The notes: a model not told the origin generated them from the letters alone. Positions 48,158 to 58,188 are shown, counted from the stretch's first letter. The stretch is 64,000 nucleotides of DNA from an uncultured delta proteobacterium (GCA_963745835.1 CAVUZH010000003.1:128001-192000); one strand, 5' to 3'. Translations and numbers: made by a program.

Positions 48158-49723
48158 ATGAGCTCTGAATCGGTAATCCATCGGCCGGTGGTTATGGGCG
48201 TCCATGGCATGGTTGCCACTGGACACCCGTTGGCTTCGGCCGCAGCGCTGGACGTCTTGAAAGATGGGGGCAACGCCGTTGACGCGGCGCTTTGCGCTTC
48301 AGGGGTTCTTTCCGTCGTAAAGTCTTATCACTGCGGTTTAGGCGGCGACGTTTTCGGGATTTTCTATTCAGCGAGGCAGCGGCGCACGCTCGTTCTCAAC
48401 GGCAGCGGGCGCTCTCCGCGACTGCTACAGCGCGAAGCTTATTCAGAGGGCATTCCACATCGCGGCATTCTCGCTGCGAGCACGCCCGGCGCCGTCCATG
48501 CGTGGTTTGAGGCGGCGTCCAAGCTGGGTAGCCGCGCCATGGGCGATCTGTTGAAACCTGCCATCGAATATGCGGACAACGGTTTTCCCGTCTTTCCTCA
48601 TCTTGCCAAAGTGATTCGTTCCTCGTGTAAACCGCTTAGCGCCGATCCGGCGTGGGCTGCGATTTTTCTGCCGGACGGGAAAGCTCCCGATGTCGGCGAT
48701 TTGCTGGTGCAAAAAGATCTGGCAGCGACTTTGAGAGATATCGCAAGCGGCGGACGAGAGGCGTTTTACGCCGGCGACATCGCCAGATCGATCGTTGGGA
48801 AATCGGACGATTGCGGCGGATGTTTTACTCGGCAGGATTTTGCCGAGCACCAGTCGAAGTGGGAGGAACCTCTTTCCGCGACCTACCGGGGTTATCAAGT
48901 ATCTGTGCCGCCGCCGAATTCGTACGGCTTGCTACTTCTGTTGCAACTAGAGGATTTGGCAGATCATGATCTGACAGCATTGGGCCATAACACACCGGAA
49001 TGTGTGGCGCTGCAGGTCAGAGTTAAGGAAGAAGCTTGGCGGGCGGGGCAATCATGGCTCGCCGATCCGGCTCAGTATCGACCCGATGCAATCACCGAGT
49101 TTCTTGATGCTTTTCCACGAAAAAAAGAAAGCCGCGATTTAGCGGGCGGTCTGCAAGATCACGGGAAAAGTACGACGTACATTGCAACTGCGGACAGATT
49201 CGGCAACTGGGCTTCGCTCATACAAAGCGTGCACCAAAGCTTCGGCTGCGGTGTCGTCGTCGATGACACCGGCATCGTCCTGAACAACCGTATGTCAGGT
49301 TTCAATCTGATCCCGGATCACCCGAACGAGCTTGCCCCGTCCAAGCTTCCCGCTCACACCCTGAGTCCGGCGCTTATTCTCAGGGACGATAAACCTGTGA
49401 TCGCCATCGGAACACCGGGTGGGTTGGGCCAGACACAGTTTCTCACGCAGACACTATGTAATATTGTCGATTTCGAAATGAACCTTCAGGAGGCCGTCGA
49501 AGCGCCCCGCTGGCAAAGCGAGAACACGGGTTGCGTGGAGTTGGAAAGCCGAATGCCCCGTGATGTCAGCGAGCGCTTGATCAGCGAAGGCTATAAAGTG
49601 ACCGTTTGCGCTCCGTGGGAATTTGCCTTTGGCGGCGTGGAAGCCATTCGCCTGCATGACAATGGCAAGGTATTTATGGCTGCGGCAGATCCAAGGCGAG
49701 ATGGCTACGCGCTTGGATACTAG
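48158..49723 (+). CDS. Gamma-glutamyltransferase family Ntn-hydrolase (HpxW/YwrD type)
   Basis: GGNAVDAA, GLGGD, nucleophile TTY, LNNRM, PAHTLSP, GTPGG, ADPRRDG. Confidence 0.92.
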   Translation: MSSESVIHRPVVMGVHGMVATGHPLASAAALDVLKDGGNAVDAALCASGVLSVVKSYHCGLGGDVFGIFYSARQRRTLVLNGSGRSPRLLQREAYSEGIPHRGILAASTPGAVHAWFEAASKLGSRAMGDLLKPAIEYADNGFPVFPHLAKVIRSSCKPLSADPAWAAIFLPDGKAPDVGDLLVQKDLAATLRDIASGGREAFYAGDIARSIVGKSDDCGGCFTRQDFAEHQSKWEEPLSATYRGYQVSVPPPNSYGLLLLLQLEDLADHDLTALGHNTPECVALQVRVKEEAWRAGQSWLADPAQYRPDAITEFLDAFPRKKESRDLAGGLQDHGKSTTYIATADRFGNWASLIQSVHQSFGCGVVVDDTGIVLNNRMSGFNLIPDHPNELAPSKLPAHTLSPALILRDDKPVIAIGTPGGLGQTQFLTQTLCNIVDFEMNLQEAVEAPRWQSENTGCVELESRMPRDVSERLISEGYKVTVCAPWEFAFGGVEAIRLHDNGKVFMAAADPRRDGYALGY

Positions 49724-49998
49724 CCGCAGGGTGGGACCATACGTTCTTGAATTTAGCTGTGCCGTTCCAGGGCCAGGCAATGAAACAAAACAAGATCATG
49801 AATCAGAGGTCCAGACGGCTGTATACTGCGCGACTCGTGCGGGAGTTTACCAAGGCCCTTCATTAGAAGAATCACATCATTGTGCGAGCTCGAACTCAGG
49901 GGCTTGAACCGGCTTTTGACGGTACTCAACTGAGGAACTGAACGCTCACGGTTTTCAGAAGGCTTGCGATTAAGGAACTAAATGCCGAGGAGTTATCC

Positions 49999-51015
49999 GT
50001 GATCCGTCGCTTATCAACTCTCGCAATTGCCTTGCTTATTTTATATCCAGCGACCGTGACGGCGGCGCAAGAGCGGACAAGATTGGTGATAGGCTATTCT
50101 GCAATGCAGGCGCCGGTTGCTCCGCTTTGGGTCGCGCAAGAGCAGGGGTTTTTTACCAAGTATGGTATTGAGCCCGAACTTGTTTTTGTCAGAACTACTT
50201 CCGTTCATATCGCGGGGCTAATTTCCGGTCACATCGATCTCAGCTACGGCGGTGGATCTGGAATTTTACCGGTGGCCGGACGCGGCATCGATTTGCGGTT
50301 TATAGCCTCCTTCGGCAGCCGCCTGACGCATTTCTTAGTAACACGCCCTGAGATACAACAGCCGAAAGATCTGCAAAACAAGCGAATGGGTGTCGTGAGC
50401 GTGGGGGGAACTCAGTGGATTACGACAAAGCTGGGATTGGAATATCTCGATGTTGACGAACAACGGGATAAAATTCGCATGCTGCCTATCGGCGACCAAT
50501 CGATATTACGGGGAGCACTCGAAAGCGGTAACATCGACGCCGCTTTCTTCAACGGCGCTTTAGCCGAGGATCTCAGATCCAAGGGTTTCCGCATCCTGAC
50601 GGATCTGCATTCAGCCAACATCAAGACATTGAGCTCAGGCGTCATCGTTAAAGGAACTTCTCTCCAGAAAGAACGCACTCTCACGACGAACTTGCTTCAA
50701 GCGGTGATCGAAGGGCTGGCATTTGTCAAATCGCCAACCCAAAAACCGAAGGTGATCAGAACCTTGATGGAAAGACTAAAAATCACCGATATGGCGATTG
50801 CGGAACAGGGATACCAGTACTTACAAAGGGATCTCGACATTGGTCTTTATCCTGCGGTTGAGGGATTGAAAAATTTGCAACGTTTTATGCGAACGTATAA
50901 TCCTCGCGTTGGCGAAGTGAACGCGACTGATCTTGTGGATGACAGCGTGGTTAGGGGTCTGATCGACAATGGATTTGTCGAAAGAATATTTCGTAGCTAT
51001 GGGCTGCAGTACTAA
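49999..51015 (+). CDS. ABC substrate-binding protein, NMT1/THI5-SsuA type
   Basis: Signal peptide; PLWVAQEQGFFTKYGI, DLQNKRMGV, GNIDAA. Confidence 0.9.
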   Translation: MIRRLSTLAIALLILYPATVTAAQERTRLVIGYSAMQAPVAPLWVAQEQGFFTKYGIEPELVFVRTTSVHIAGLISGHIDLSYGGGSGILPVAGRGIDLRFIASFGSRLTHFLVTRPEIQQPKDLQNKRMGVVSVGGTQWITTKLGLEYLDVDEQRDKIRMLPIGDQSILRGALESGNIDAAFFNGALAEDLRSKGFRILTDLHSANIKTLSSGVIVKGTSLQKERTLTTNLLQAVIEGLAFVKSPTQKPKVIRTLMERLKITDMAIAEQGYQYLQRDLDIGLYPAVEGLKNLQRFMRTYNPRVGEVNATDLVDDSVVRGLIDNGFVERIFRSYGLQY

Positions 51016-51168
51016 ACAGGTTGTTGAAAAACTCTGGTTGCAGGCTGCTCAAAAAGATCCAGAGGCGAGGCCCGCGAAAAATCGACGAGCTAAGGCGTAC
51101 TTACAGTACGTTGCAGCGAGGCGATTTGAGCGCAACGAAGCATATGGGTCTTTTTCAGCCGCCTGTTA
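51014..51168. mobile_element. MITE/REP-like palindromic element
   Basis: Ends aacaggttgttgaaaaa and tttttcagccgcctgtta; internal caggctgctcaaaaagatcc pairs with the right end; central cgtac-N5-gtacg hairpin. Confidence 0.6.
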
Positions 51169-51278
51169 AAGAGTAATCTCCGGATGTCGTTGGTAACTCG
51201 AACCACTGCGCTCGGGCATCGACGCTCTCTGGATAGAGTCCCTCTTAAAAACCAAAAAGTGAAAGAAGGATCACAAAC

Positions 51279-52319
51279 ATGAACGCATTTCCAATCATAG
51301 ATGCCGATGGGCATGTCACCGAAACATTGGGTAGCCTCAAGAAGTACCTGAAAGAAGAGTATCGCAGTCGACCCCTGATGACGTCTGAGGCATGGGATCG
51401 GTCTTTTAGTGGTACGTTAGGTAAGCGCAATGAAGACCCGAAAGTACAATTGGCAGATATGGACCTGGATGGAATCGATATCCAGGTAGTCTTTCCGACT
51501 CATCTTTCACTCAATGCCGAACGAGAAACAGATGTGGCAACCGATATTGCGCACGCCTACAATGATTGGCTTGCCGCGTTCTGCGCTCATCATCCAGATC
51601 GGCTCAAGGGCGTGGCAATGGTTGCCTTACAGGATATCAACGCGGCCATTCGAGAGGTACGGCGCGCCACCGAGGAGCTTGGATTGGTTGGCGTCATGAT
51701 GCCGACAAATGTGCGAGACCAGGACATCGGAAAACGCGAGTTTTGGCCATTTTACGAAGCAGTGGAACAACTAGGCATCGGGTTAGCCTTACATGGCGGC
51801 ATCCGCGCAGCCGAGCGCATGACCGGGCGTTTCGATAGCTTCATATCCGTGCACAGTTTAGCTTTTCCGTTCGAATGCATGGCGGCGATTACCGGCCTTA
51901 TCTTTGCTGGCGTGCCTGAAAAATTTCCCAAGCTTCGTATTGCTGCCCTTGAGGCTTGCTGCGGGTGGGTTCCTTTCCTGATGGACCGTCTGGACGAAGA
52001 GTTTGAGAAGCGCTCCAAGGAAGCGCCGCTGTTGAAACGAAAGCCGAGCGAATATATGGCCGGCGATAACTTTTTTTATGCTTTTGAACTGGAGGAATCA
52101 ACTGTTCCCTATGTCATCGAGCGAATAGGCTCGGAAAAGCTCCTTTACTCGTCTGACTATCCACACTGGGATACTTCCTGGCCGAATACGGTGAAGATGT
52201 TTCAGGAGCGCCAAGATATCTCAGATGAGCATAAACGTCAGATCGCATGGGACAATCCGCAACGGTTTTATGGTTTCAAAGCGGTTGTGAACGAACTTCA
52301 AAGTGTAATCAATCGCTGA
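51279..52319 (+). CDS. Amidohydrolase_2 family protein (LigW/ACMSD-like fold)
   Basis: IIDADGH, YNDWL, LHGG, FPKL..LE..CGW, SDYPH. Confidence 0.92.
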   Translation: MNAFPIIDADGHVTETLGSLKKYLKEEYRSRPLMTSEAWDRSFSGTLGKRNEDPKVQLADMDLDGIDIQVVFPTHLSLNAERETDVATDIAHAYNDWLAAFCAHHPDRLKGVAMVALQDINAAIREVRRATEELGLVGVMMPTNVRDQDIGKREFWPFYEAVEQLGIGLALHGGIRAAERMTGRFDSFISVHSLAFPFECMAAITGLIFAGVPEKFPKLRIAALEACCGWVPFLMDRLDEEFEKRSKEAPLLKRKPSEYMAGDNFFYAFELEESTVPYVIERIGSEKLLYSSDYPHWDTSWPNTVKMFQERQDISDEHKRQIAWDNPQRFYGFKAVVNELQSVINR

Positions 52320-52498
52320 TCGTTATACCAAGTTCATCGGCGCAAGGATGGAATCAATAACATGAGGATTGGATTAACGTGAACTGGAGGATCTAAAAGC
52401 AGCTGATAAGCGTAGGGGGAAATCCGCTATCGACTACTTTGTTCAGCGCAATGTCTCTCTGACACTTTTGTCAGGCACTGCGGATCTCGGAGGAGACG

Positions 52499-53446
52499 AT
52501 GATCTATAAAATGGCTCATTGGATAGGCATTAGTCTCGCTCTTGTGCTTTTCTCTACGCTGCCCCTTCAGGCCAAGGACATCGTGATTGCAACATCGTCG
52601 ATGACCCTCACCAGCATTCCCTATCTTGTCGCCATTGAAAGAAAGTTCTTCGACAAGGAGGGGCTCACTGCGCAGTATGTAGTCATGCGTTCGGACCTTG
52701 CCGTGAATGGCTTGATTACCGGCGATGTTGATTACAACCAAAGTGTGTCGAGCGTACTGCGTGCCGGCGCCGCTGGCGCTCCCGTAATAACTGTCGCCGG
52801 GATTTACAATCGAACTTTCTTCGATTTAGTTGCCCGGCGCGACATCAAATCGCTTGCCGAATTGAAAGGGAAGACGGTAGGAATCAGCCGTTACGGAGCC
52901 TCCACCGAGTATGCGCTACGATTCGGGCTCAAGGCCAACGGCATAGACACCGATAAGGAGATCAAGATTTTAGCAGTGGGTGGAGACGCCGCCAGAATAG
53001 CGGGACTTCAGAACGGGACCTTGGCGGCCATCGTGTCCCAGGTGCCGGCTAATTTCTTTGCCCACAAAGCCGGCGGGCATACGCTTCTGTCTTTGGGCGA
53101 GTATCTTGAGACCCTGCTTGCTGGTGTGGGTGTCAGCCGAAAAAAAGTGGAGCAAAATCGCGACGAGGTAAAACGAGTTGTTCGCGCGCTATCTCGCTCG
53201 CTGGACTTCATGCACGCGCAGCCGGCTGACACGAAAAGCCTCATCGGAAAAAGACTCGGTGCATCCGAGACAGCGATTGTCGATCACATCTATGCGCTAG
53301 TGACGAAGTACGCCACCCGTAACGGCATCCCCTCGCAACAAGCTATTGAGAACACGCTTTTGGGAACGCCCTTCGAAGGCAAACTGACGAATTTCGAGAA
53401 GCTATTCGATTTCTCTATGGCCCGCGAAGTCGCAGAAGGAAAGTAG
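52499..53446 (+). CDS. ABC substrate-binding protein, NMT1/THI5-SsuA type
   Basis: Signal peptide; FFDKEGL, GDVDY, LKGKTVGIS. Confidence 0.9.
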   Translation: MIYKMAHWIGISLALVLFSTLPLQAKDIVIATSSMTLTSIPYLVAIERKFFDKEGLTAQYVVMRSDLAVNGLITGDVDYNQSVSSVLRAGAAGAPVITVAGIYNRTFFDLVARRDIKSLAELKGKTVGISRYGASTEYALRFGLKANGIDTDKEIKILAVGGDAARIAGLQNGTLAAIVSQVPANFFAHKAGGHTLLSLGEYLETLLAGVGVSRKKVEQNRDEVKRVVRALSRSLDFMHAQPADTKSLIGKRLGASETAIVDHIYALVTKYATRNGIPSQQAIENTLLGTPFEGKLTNFEKLFDFSMAREVAEGK

Positions 53447-53493
53447 ATCATATCGAATGCTCGCCAATTTTCGGTGTAAGGAGAAAAGACCGT

Positions 53494-54111
53494 ATGAGCA
53501 GTGAGAGCTCAAAACCTCAAAGGCAAGAGATTCTGAAGGAACTGAAGTCCTCCCTGAAGGAAACGGATCTGGTGGTGGCAGCCCTGGCGGGCACGACGGC
53601 GGACAGCTATCAGATTATTGATCGTCCTGGAAATCTCTATTTGGTCGGCATGGGTATGGTGAGTCAGGTAGCATTCGGTCTGGCGACGGCGTTGCCGAAT
53701 TGTAGGGTGTTCGCGCTGGACACCGATGGCAGCATGTTGCTGGCCCCAAGCATCCTGCCGGTTATTGGCAGCTATAAACCAAAGAATCTGTATATGATCG
53801 TGTTTGACAACGAACAGCTATTCGGTAGCCGTGGCGGGCCGAAAAGCCAGACCGCAACTGGCACCGATATCGCCGCCATCGCGAAAGCCTCGGCAATCGA
53901 AAACGTTCGGACGCTTCGCAACCAGGATTCATTGGGTGCCGAACTCGCGCGGTTCCTGTCCGTTTCAGGGCCTTCCGTTCTGGTTGCCAAAATTCAAGCG
54001 CTGGGGCGAGGGGCGGGACCAAAAATGGATGGGCAGGAGAACAAGTATAAATTGATCCGTCATATAGAAAAAATTGCCAATATTGAAATCCTCGGTGCGC
54101 CGAAACCATAG
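53494..54111 (+). CDS. ThDP-dependent decarboxylase beta subunit (ComE-like)
   Basis: GMG...GLA, DTDGSMLL...VFDN; C-terminal MDGQENKYK resembles the 27659 paralog. Confidence 0.85.
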   Translation: MSSESSKPQRQEILKELKSSLKETDLVVAALAGTTADSYQIIDRPGNLYLVGMGMVSQVAFGLATALPNCRVFALDTDGSMLLAPSILPVIGSYKPKNLYMIVFDNEQLFGSRGGPKSQTATGTDIAAIAKASAIENVRTLRNQDSLGAELARFLSVSGPSVLVAKIQALGRGAGPKMDGQENKYKLIRHIEKIANIEILGAPKP

Positions 54112-54159
54112 ATAAAACTCCGATAAACTGGCCTTTGACCACCTCGAGGAGAACCCGAT

Positions 54160-54660
54160 ATGAAAGCTGAAGCAGCTAAAGCGGCCCACGATGCCATCAT
54201 CAAAGCTGGTATCAATTTCGTAGCCTGTTTACCGGACTCCGCGTTTCAGGAGCTTTACCTGCCCTTGTCGGATGATCCGAGAGTAACTTACAGGCAAGTC
54301 GCTAGTGAAAACGATGGTGTCGGGGTATGCATGGGCGCATGGCTAGGCGGGCTCAAGCCGGCGTTGCTCGTCGAAAACACCGGCTTTACGTTGGGCACGT
54401 ACGCGCTGCTGCGCGGCCCAATAGCTTTTGGGATTCCAATCATACTCTTGATCAGTCATCGCGGCGAGCTCGGCGACGAGCGCTGGTTTTCCGTGCCGTT
54501 CGGTTGGGGCACGAAACCGTTACTCGACAGTATGCGCATCACCCATCGTTCCGTTGACAAGACCGAAGATGTGCAGGAAGCGATCCTGAGCGCTGCCAAG
54601 TCCATGAATTCGCTTCAGGCACCGGTGGCGGTCCTGTTTGCCGGCGCGCTTCTGTTTTGA
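54160..54660 (+). CDS. ThDP-dependent decarboxylase alpha subunit (ComD-like)
   Basis: LPDS, SENDGVGVCMGAWLGG, NTG, HRG. Confidence 0.87.
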   Translation: MKAEAAKAAHDAIIKAGINFVACLPDSAFQELYLPLSDDPRVTYRQVASENDGVGVCMGAWLGGLKPALLVENTGFTLGTYALLRGPIAFGIPIILLISHRGELGDERWFSVPFGWGTKPLLDSMRITHRSVDKTEDVQEAILSAAKSMNSLQAPVAVLFAGALLF

Positions 54661-54694
54661 AGCTTCGAGCCATGATCAGTGAAAGAGCAGAGAC

Positions 54695-55654
54695 ATGAAA
54701 TCTGCCTTGCTGCTGCTATGCATTCTCTGCTTTCCAATTCCAGGAGTGGCTGCCGACGCGATCAGGATCGCGTATCCCTCTACCAGTTTCACAACTGTGC
54801 CGATTGTCGCTGCGATAAAGCACGGCCATTTTCAACAGGAGGGGATACGGGCCGAGCTGATCTTCATGCGGCCCAACATCAGCGTTACCGCTCTGGTTAA
54901 CGGGCAAGTAGAATTTGCTACGGTCCATGGTTCCGTGGTCAGAGCTGCGGCGCGAGGTTTGCCGGTCAAAAGCCTTATGGTGATCGCCGATCGGCCGGCG
55001 TATTTCTTGGTCACAAAAGCCATGGTGAAATCCATCCCGGCATTGAAAGGCAAAACAATCGGCATTGCCTCTCTGGGAGGTTCCGTTCACTTGATGACAA
55101 AGGAGCTTTTCGCCCAGAGCGGTCTCGATCCGGACAGAGATGTCTCTATGGTCGTAACTGGTGACCATAACACGAGCATTCTGGCAATGCAGGCAGGCAA
55201 CGTTGACGCCATCGTCATCGCCGTGCCCTGGCAAACAGTTGCCGCGAAGGCCGGTTTTCACAACCTCACTTATTTGGGCGATGCTCTGAGATTGCCAATG
55301 GCCGGACTTGGCGCCGCTGACGAGAGTATGAAAAAACGGCCGGATCTTTTGAAGCGGGCTGTTAAGTCAACACTTCGGGCGATCGATTTTGTTCGGGACC
55401 GAAGTAACAAGAGAGAAGTGCTCGCATTGATGGGTGATTGGTTCAAGATCAGTGACGATCTCGCGCAGAACGCCTATGACCAAATGGTCCAAGCCTATCC
55501 AGCCAACGGCATGGTCTCAGACCAAGCTTTGGAAAAGGATCTCGAAGTCGCGAGGCAAACTGGAGCTATAAAAGGCCGCGTTCCGCTATCTCGCGTCGTC
55601 GACTTTCAATTCGTCAGAGAAGCCCGTCAGGAATTATCTGGTGAGAAACCATAA
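54695..55654 (+). CDS. ABC substrate-binding protein, NMT1/THI5-SsuA type
   Basis: Signal peptide; GHFQQEGI, LKGKTIGI, GLDPDRDV, GNVDA. Confidence 0.9.
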   Translation: MKSALLLLCILCFPIPGVAADAIRIAYPSTSFTTVPIVAAIKHGHFQQEGIRAELIFMRPNISVTALVNGQVEFATVHGSVVRAAARGLPVKSLMVIADRPAYFLVTKAMVKSIPALKGKTIGIASLGGSVHLMTKELFAQSGLDPDRDVSMVVTGDHNTSILAMQAGNVDAIVIAVPWQTVAAKAGFHNLTYLGDALRLPMAGLGAADESMKKRPDLLKRAVKSTLRAIDFVRDRSNKREVLALMGDWFKISDDLAQNAYDQMVQAYPANGMVSDQALEKDLEVARQTGAIKGRVPLSRVVDFQFVREARQELSGEKP

Positions 55655-55711
55655 ACGTTATGCTCTCAGGGCTCGCCGCATTACACGAGGTTAGGCCGAG
55701 GATCAAGATTC

Positions 55712-56455
55712 GTGGCGAAAGATAACGAACATCAAGGACGCGTAGCAGTGATCACCGGAGGAAGCGGCGGCATCGGCACCGGGATAGGGCGGCGTCTGCA
55801 ATCCGAGGGAGTAACCGTGCACGTGCTAGACCTGAGTGACGACCTACCCGCCGATCCTGACGTTGCCGGAGCCGTACATTTTCACACGGTGGATATCGGT
55901 AACGAGGCTCAAGTCGACAGTGCCTTCGATCGCATTCAGTCGTTTTCTACGAGACTGGATTACCTGGTTTGCTGCGCGGCAATCTTTCGACCGCAGCCCT
56001 TCCTCGAACTCGAACCAGAGAACTGGCAGCAAACTCTGCAAACCAACCTTACGGGTTCGTTTCTCTCTTGCCGGGCGGCGCTTCGCTGCATGCGCCCCCA
56101 GAAATTCGGTCGCATCGTATTATTCTCTTCGATGATTGCGAGAACCGGGAGCGTCAAGGGGGCGCACTACGCGGCGTCAAAGGGTGGCATACTCGGTCTT
56201 GCGCGAAGCGTAGCGATAGAGGCGGCGGCCGACAACATCCGGGTGAACACAATCTCTCCAGGAATCACGGATACGCCACAACCACGCGCTTTTTTATCAG
56301 ATGCCGACTTGACGCAGAGACGGTCGCGCATTCCACTGGGACGAATCGGGGCTGTCGAAGATATGGTTGAGGCTTGCATGTTTCTTCTGAGCGAACAGAG
56401 TTCCTACCTTATTGGACAGGATCTGCGTGTTAATGGGGGAGCGTCTCTGTGGTGA
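55712..56455 (+). CDS. SDR family oxidoreductase
   Basis: TGGSGGIG, YAASK, PGITDT.QPR. Confidence 0.93.
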   Translation: MAKDNEHQGRVAVITGGSGGIGTGIGRRLQSEGVTVHVLDLSDDLPADPDVAGAVHFHTVDIGNEAQVDSAFDRIQSFSTRLDYLVCCAAIFRPQPFLELEPENWQQTLQTNLTGSFLSCRAALRCMRPQKFGRIVLFSSMIARTGSVKGAHYAASKGGILGLARSVAIEAAADNIRVNTISPGITDTPQPRAFLSDADLTQRRSRIPLGRIGAVEDMVEACMFLLSEQSSYLIGQDLRVNGGASLW

Positions 56456-57213
56456 CTCCGACAGACAGCCGGGTCACTATTATCACCGGCGCGGGCAGTG
56501 GCATCGGCAAAGCAACCGCATTGAGGTTGGCACATGCTGGGTGCATCATTTGCGCCTGTGACATCAATGAAGAGGGGCTCAGGGAAACAGCGAGAGCGAT
56601 CCAATCGAGCGGGCGTAGGTGTTTTACTGGCCTGATTGATGTTCGCGACCGCGAGTCTGTCGAAAGCTGGTGTTCAGAAGTTGCCGATAGGTTTACAAAA
56701 ATTGATTGCCTTTTCAGCAATGCTGGACTGAATGCACGGTCAGCTTTTGATGAGATGACTCTCGCGCAATGGAATCTAGTTATAGATACTCACGTTACCG
56801 GAGCATTTAATTTCTGTCAGTCCGTTTTACGTCACATGGTCGAGCGCGGGAGTGGCGCGATCGTTATAACATCTTCCGATTTCGCCGTAGTCGGTGTCCC
56901 TAATGCAGCGAATTATTGCGCGGCCAAGACGGCGCTCTATTCGCTAACAAAATCTCTCGCGCTCGAATTCGCACCCTATGGAATTCGAGTAAACGCGATT
57001 GGTCCGGGTCCCATCGATACACCGTTGCTTCGCTCCGGCCGCACACAGGAACAGTATGAAAGCGCTCGTCGTAATTTTGAGAGCCGGCTGCCGATCAAGC
57101 GCCTCGGGCAGCCGGAAGAAGTTGCTGCCGTCGTTGAATTTCTGCTGAGTTCTGGCGCCGCCTACATCACCGGGCAACTTGTTCAGCCGAACGGCGGTCA
57201 AGTTATCTGGTAA
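56449..57213 (+). CDS. SDR family oxidoreductase
   Basis: TGAGSGIG, SNAG, YCAAK. Confidence 0.93.
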   Translation: MVTPTDSRVTIITGAGSGIGKATALRLAHAGCIICACDINEEGLRETARAIQSSGRRCFTGLIDVRDRESVESWCSEVADRFTKIDCLFSNAGLNARSAFDEMTLAQWNLVIDTHVTGAFNFCQSVLRHMVERGSGAIVITSSDFAVVGVPNAANYCAAKTALYSLTKSLALEFAPYGIRVNAIGPGPIDTPLLRSGRTQEQYESARRNFESRLPIKRLGQPEEVAAVVEFLLSSGAAYITGQLVQPNGGQVIW

Positions 57214-57314
57214 GACTTGTCTTCAAGATTTGCTTGAATCCTTGACAGAAGAAGCGGTTGGTTGCTAGGGGATTGTTAAACGAATCAAGCAGAGTCTAGA
57301 GAGGAACCGGGTTT

Positions 57315-58160
57315 ATGATGTCATATCCTTACGACGATGGGCGATTGATACTGGCGTTACAGATCGATCATTCCCGGGTTGCGGGATATCTCGCCGCGCA
57401 CTGGGGTAACAAAGAATTTGCCAAGCCTGAACCTTACGCGTCCGTGGTTCTAGCGGCGCAGGAACACGATACCGGTTGGTGGGAATGGGAAATGTGCCCA
57501 TCGACTCTCAATGACAAGGGTTATCCGCTTGATTATCACGATGGGAGCCTTAAATATCTGGGGCAGCTTCGGCTCGACTTTTATAAGAATGCGGTAGACC
57601 GCGTCCGGCAACGCGATAGTTATGCAGCTATGTTAATGGCGATGCATGGCGTCGCGCTCATGAACGGCGGCTATGGCAAATACGCTTATCCTCCTGACCG
57701 TACCTCGGACCCGCGGGTGAAGGCCTACGTCGAACACCAGGAAGAACTGCGGCTCAAGTTGCTCGATGATCTGCGCAAATCGGATCAGTTCAAGGCTTTC
57801 AGCTCTGAGGATCAGGTGTGGACGAATTACGAATACATGGAGGTGTTCGACCAGCTGGCGCAATTCCTATGTAATCGTTATCCGTTGACCAGTGATGCGC
57901 GCAAGCTTGGGCCGACTAAAACGCTAAATGATGTGGACGTACCGGTAAGACCGGGCACGAGGCCGGTAAAAGTAAGTCTCGATACCATTGCTGCTAATCG
58001 CGCACTTGTTAAACCGTATCCTTTCGACCTCGATCCTTTAAGTGTTTCTTTTTCGGCGCGGCTGATACCGAATCGCGCTTATAAGAATCCGGATGATTTT
58101 CTTGAGGAATTTTACCGCGCAGAGCGTCTTACGATCACGCACACCTTAGCGTCCGCATAA
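57315..58160 (+). CDS. DUF3891-like protein (HD-like motif)
   Basis: Q.DHSRVAG.LAAHWGN, HDTGW, MH, PYPF. Confidence 0.75.
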   Translation: MMSYPYDDGRLILALQIDHSRVAGYLAAHWGNKEFAKPEPYASVVLAAQEHDTGWWEWEMCPSTLNDKGYPLDYHDGSLKYLGQLRLDFYKNAVDRVRQRDSYAAMLMAMHGVALMNGGYGKYAYPPDRTSDPRVKAYVEHQEELRLKLLDDLRKSDQFKAFSSEDQVWTNYEYMEVFDQLAQFLCNRYPLTSDARKLGPTKTLNDVDVPVRPGTRPVKVSLDTIAANRALVKPYPFDLDPLSVSFSARLIPNRAYKNPDDFLEEFYRAERLTITHTLASA

Positions 58161-58188
58161 TTGCTTCTCTATCCGTACAGAGACAACT

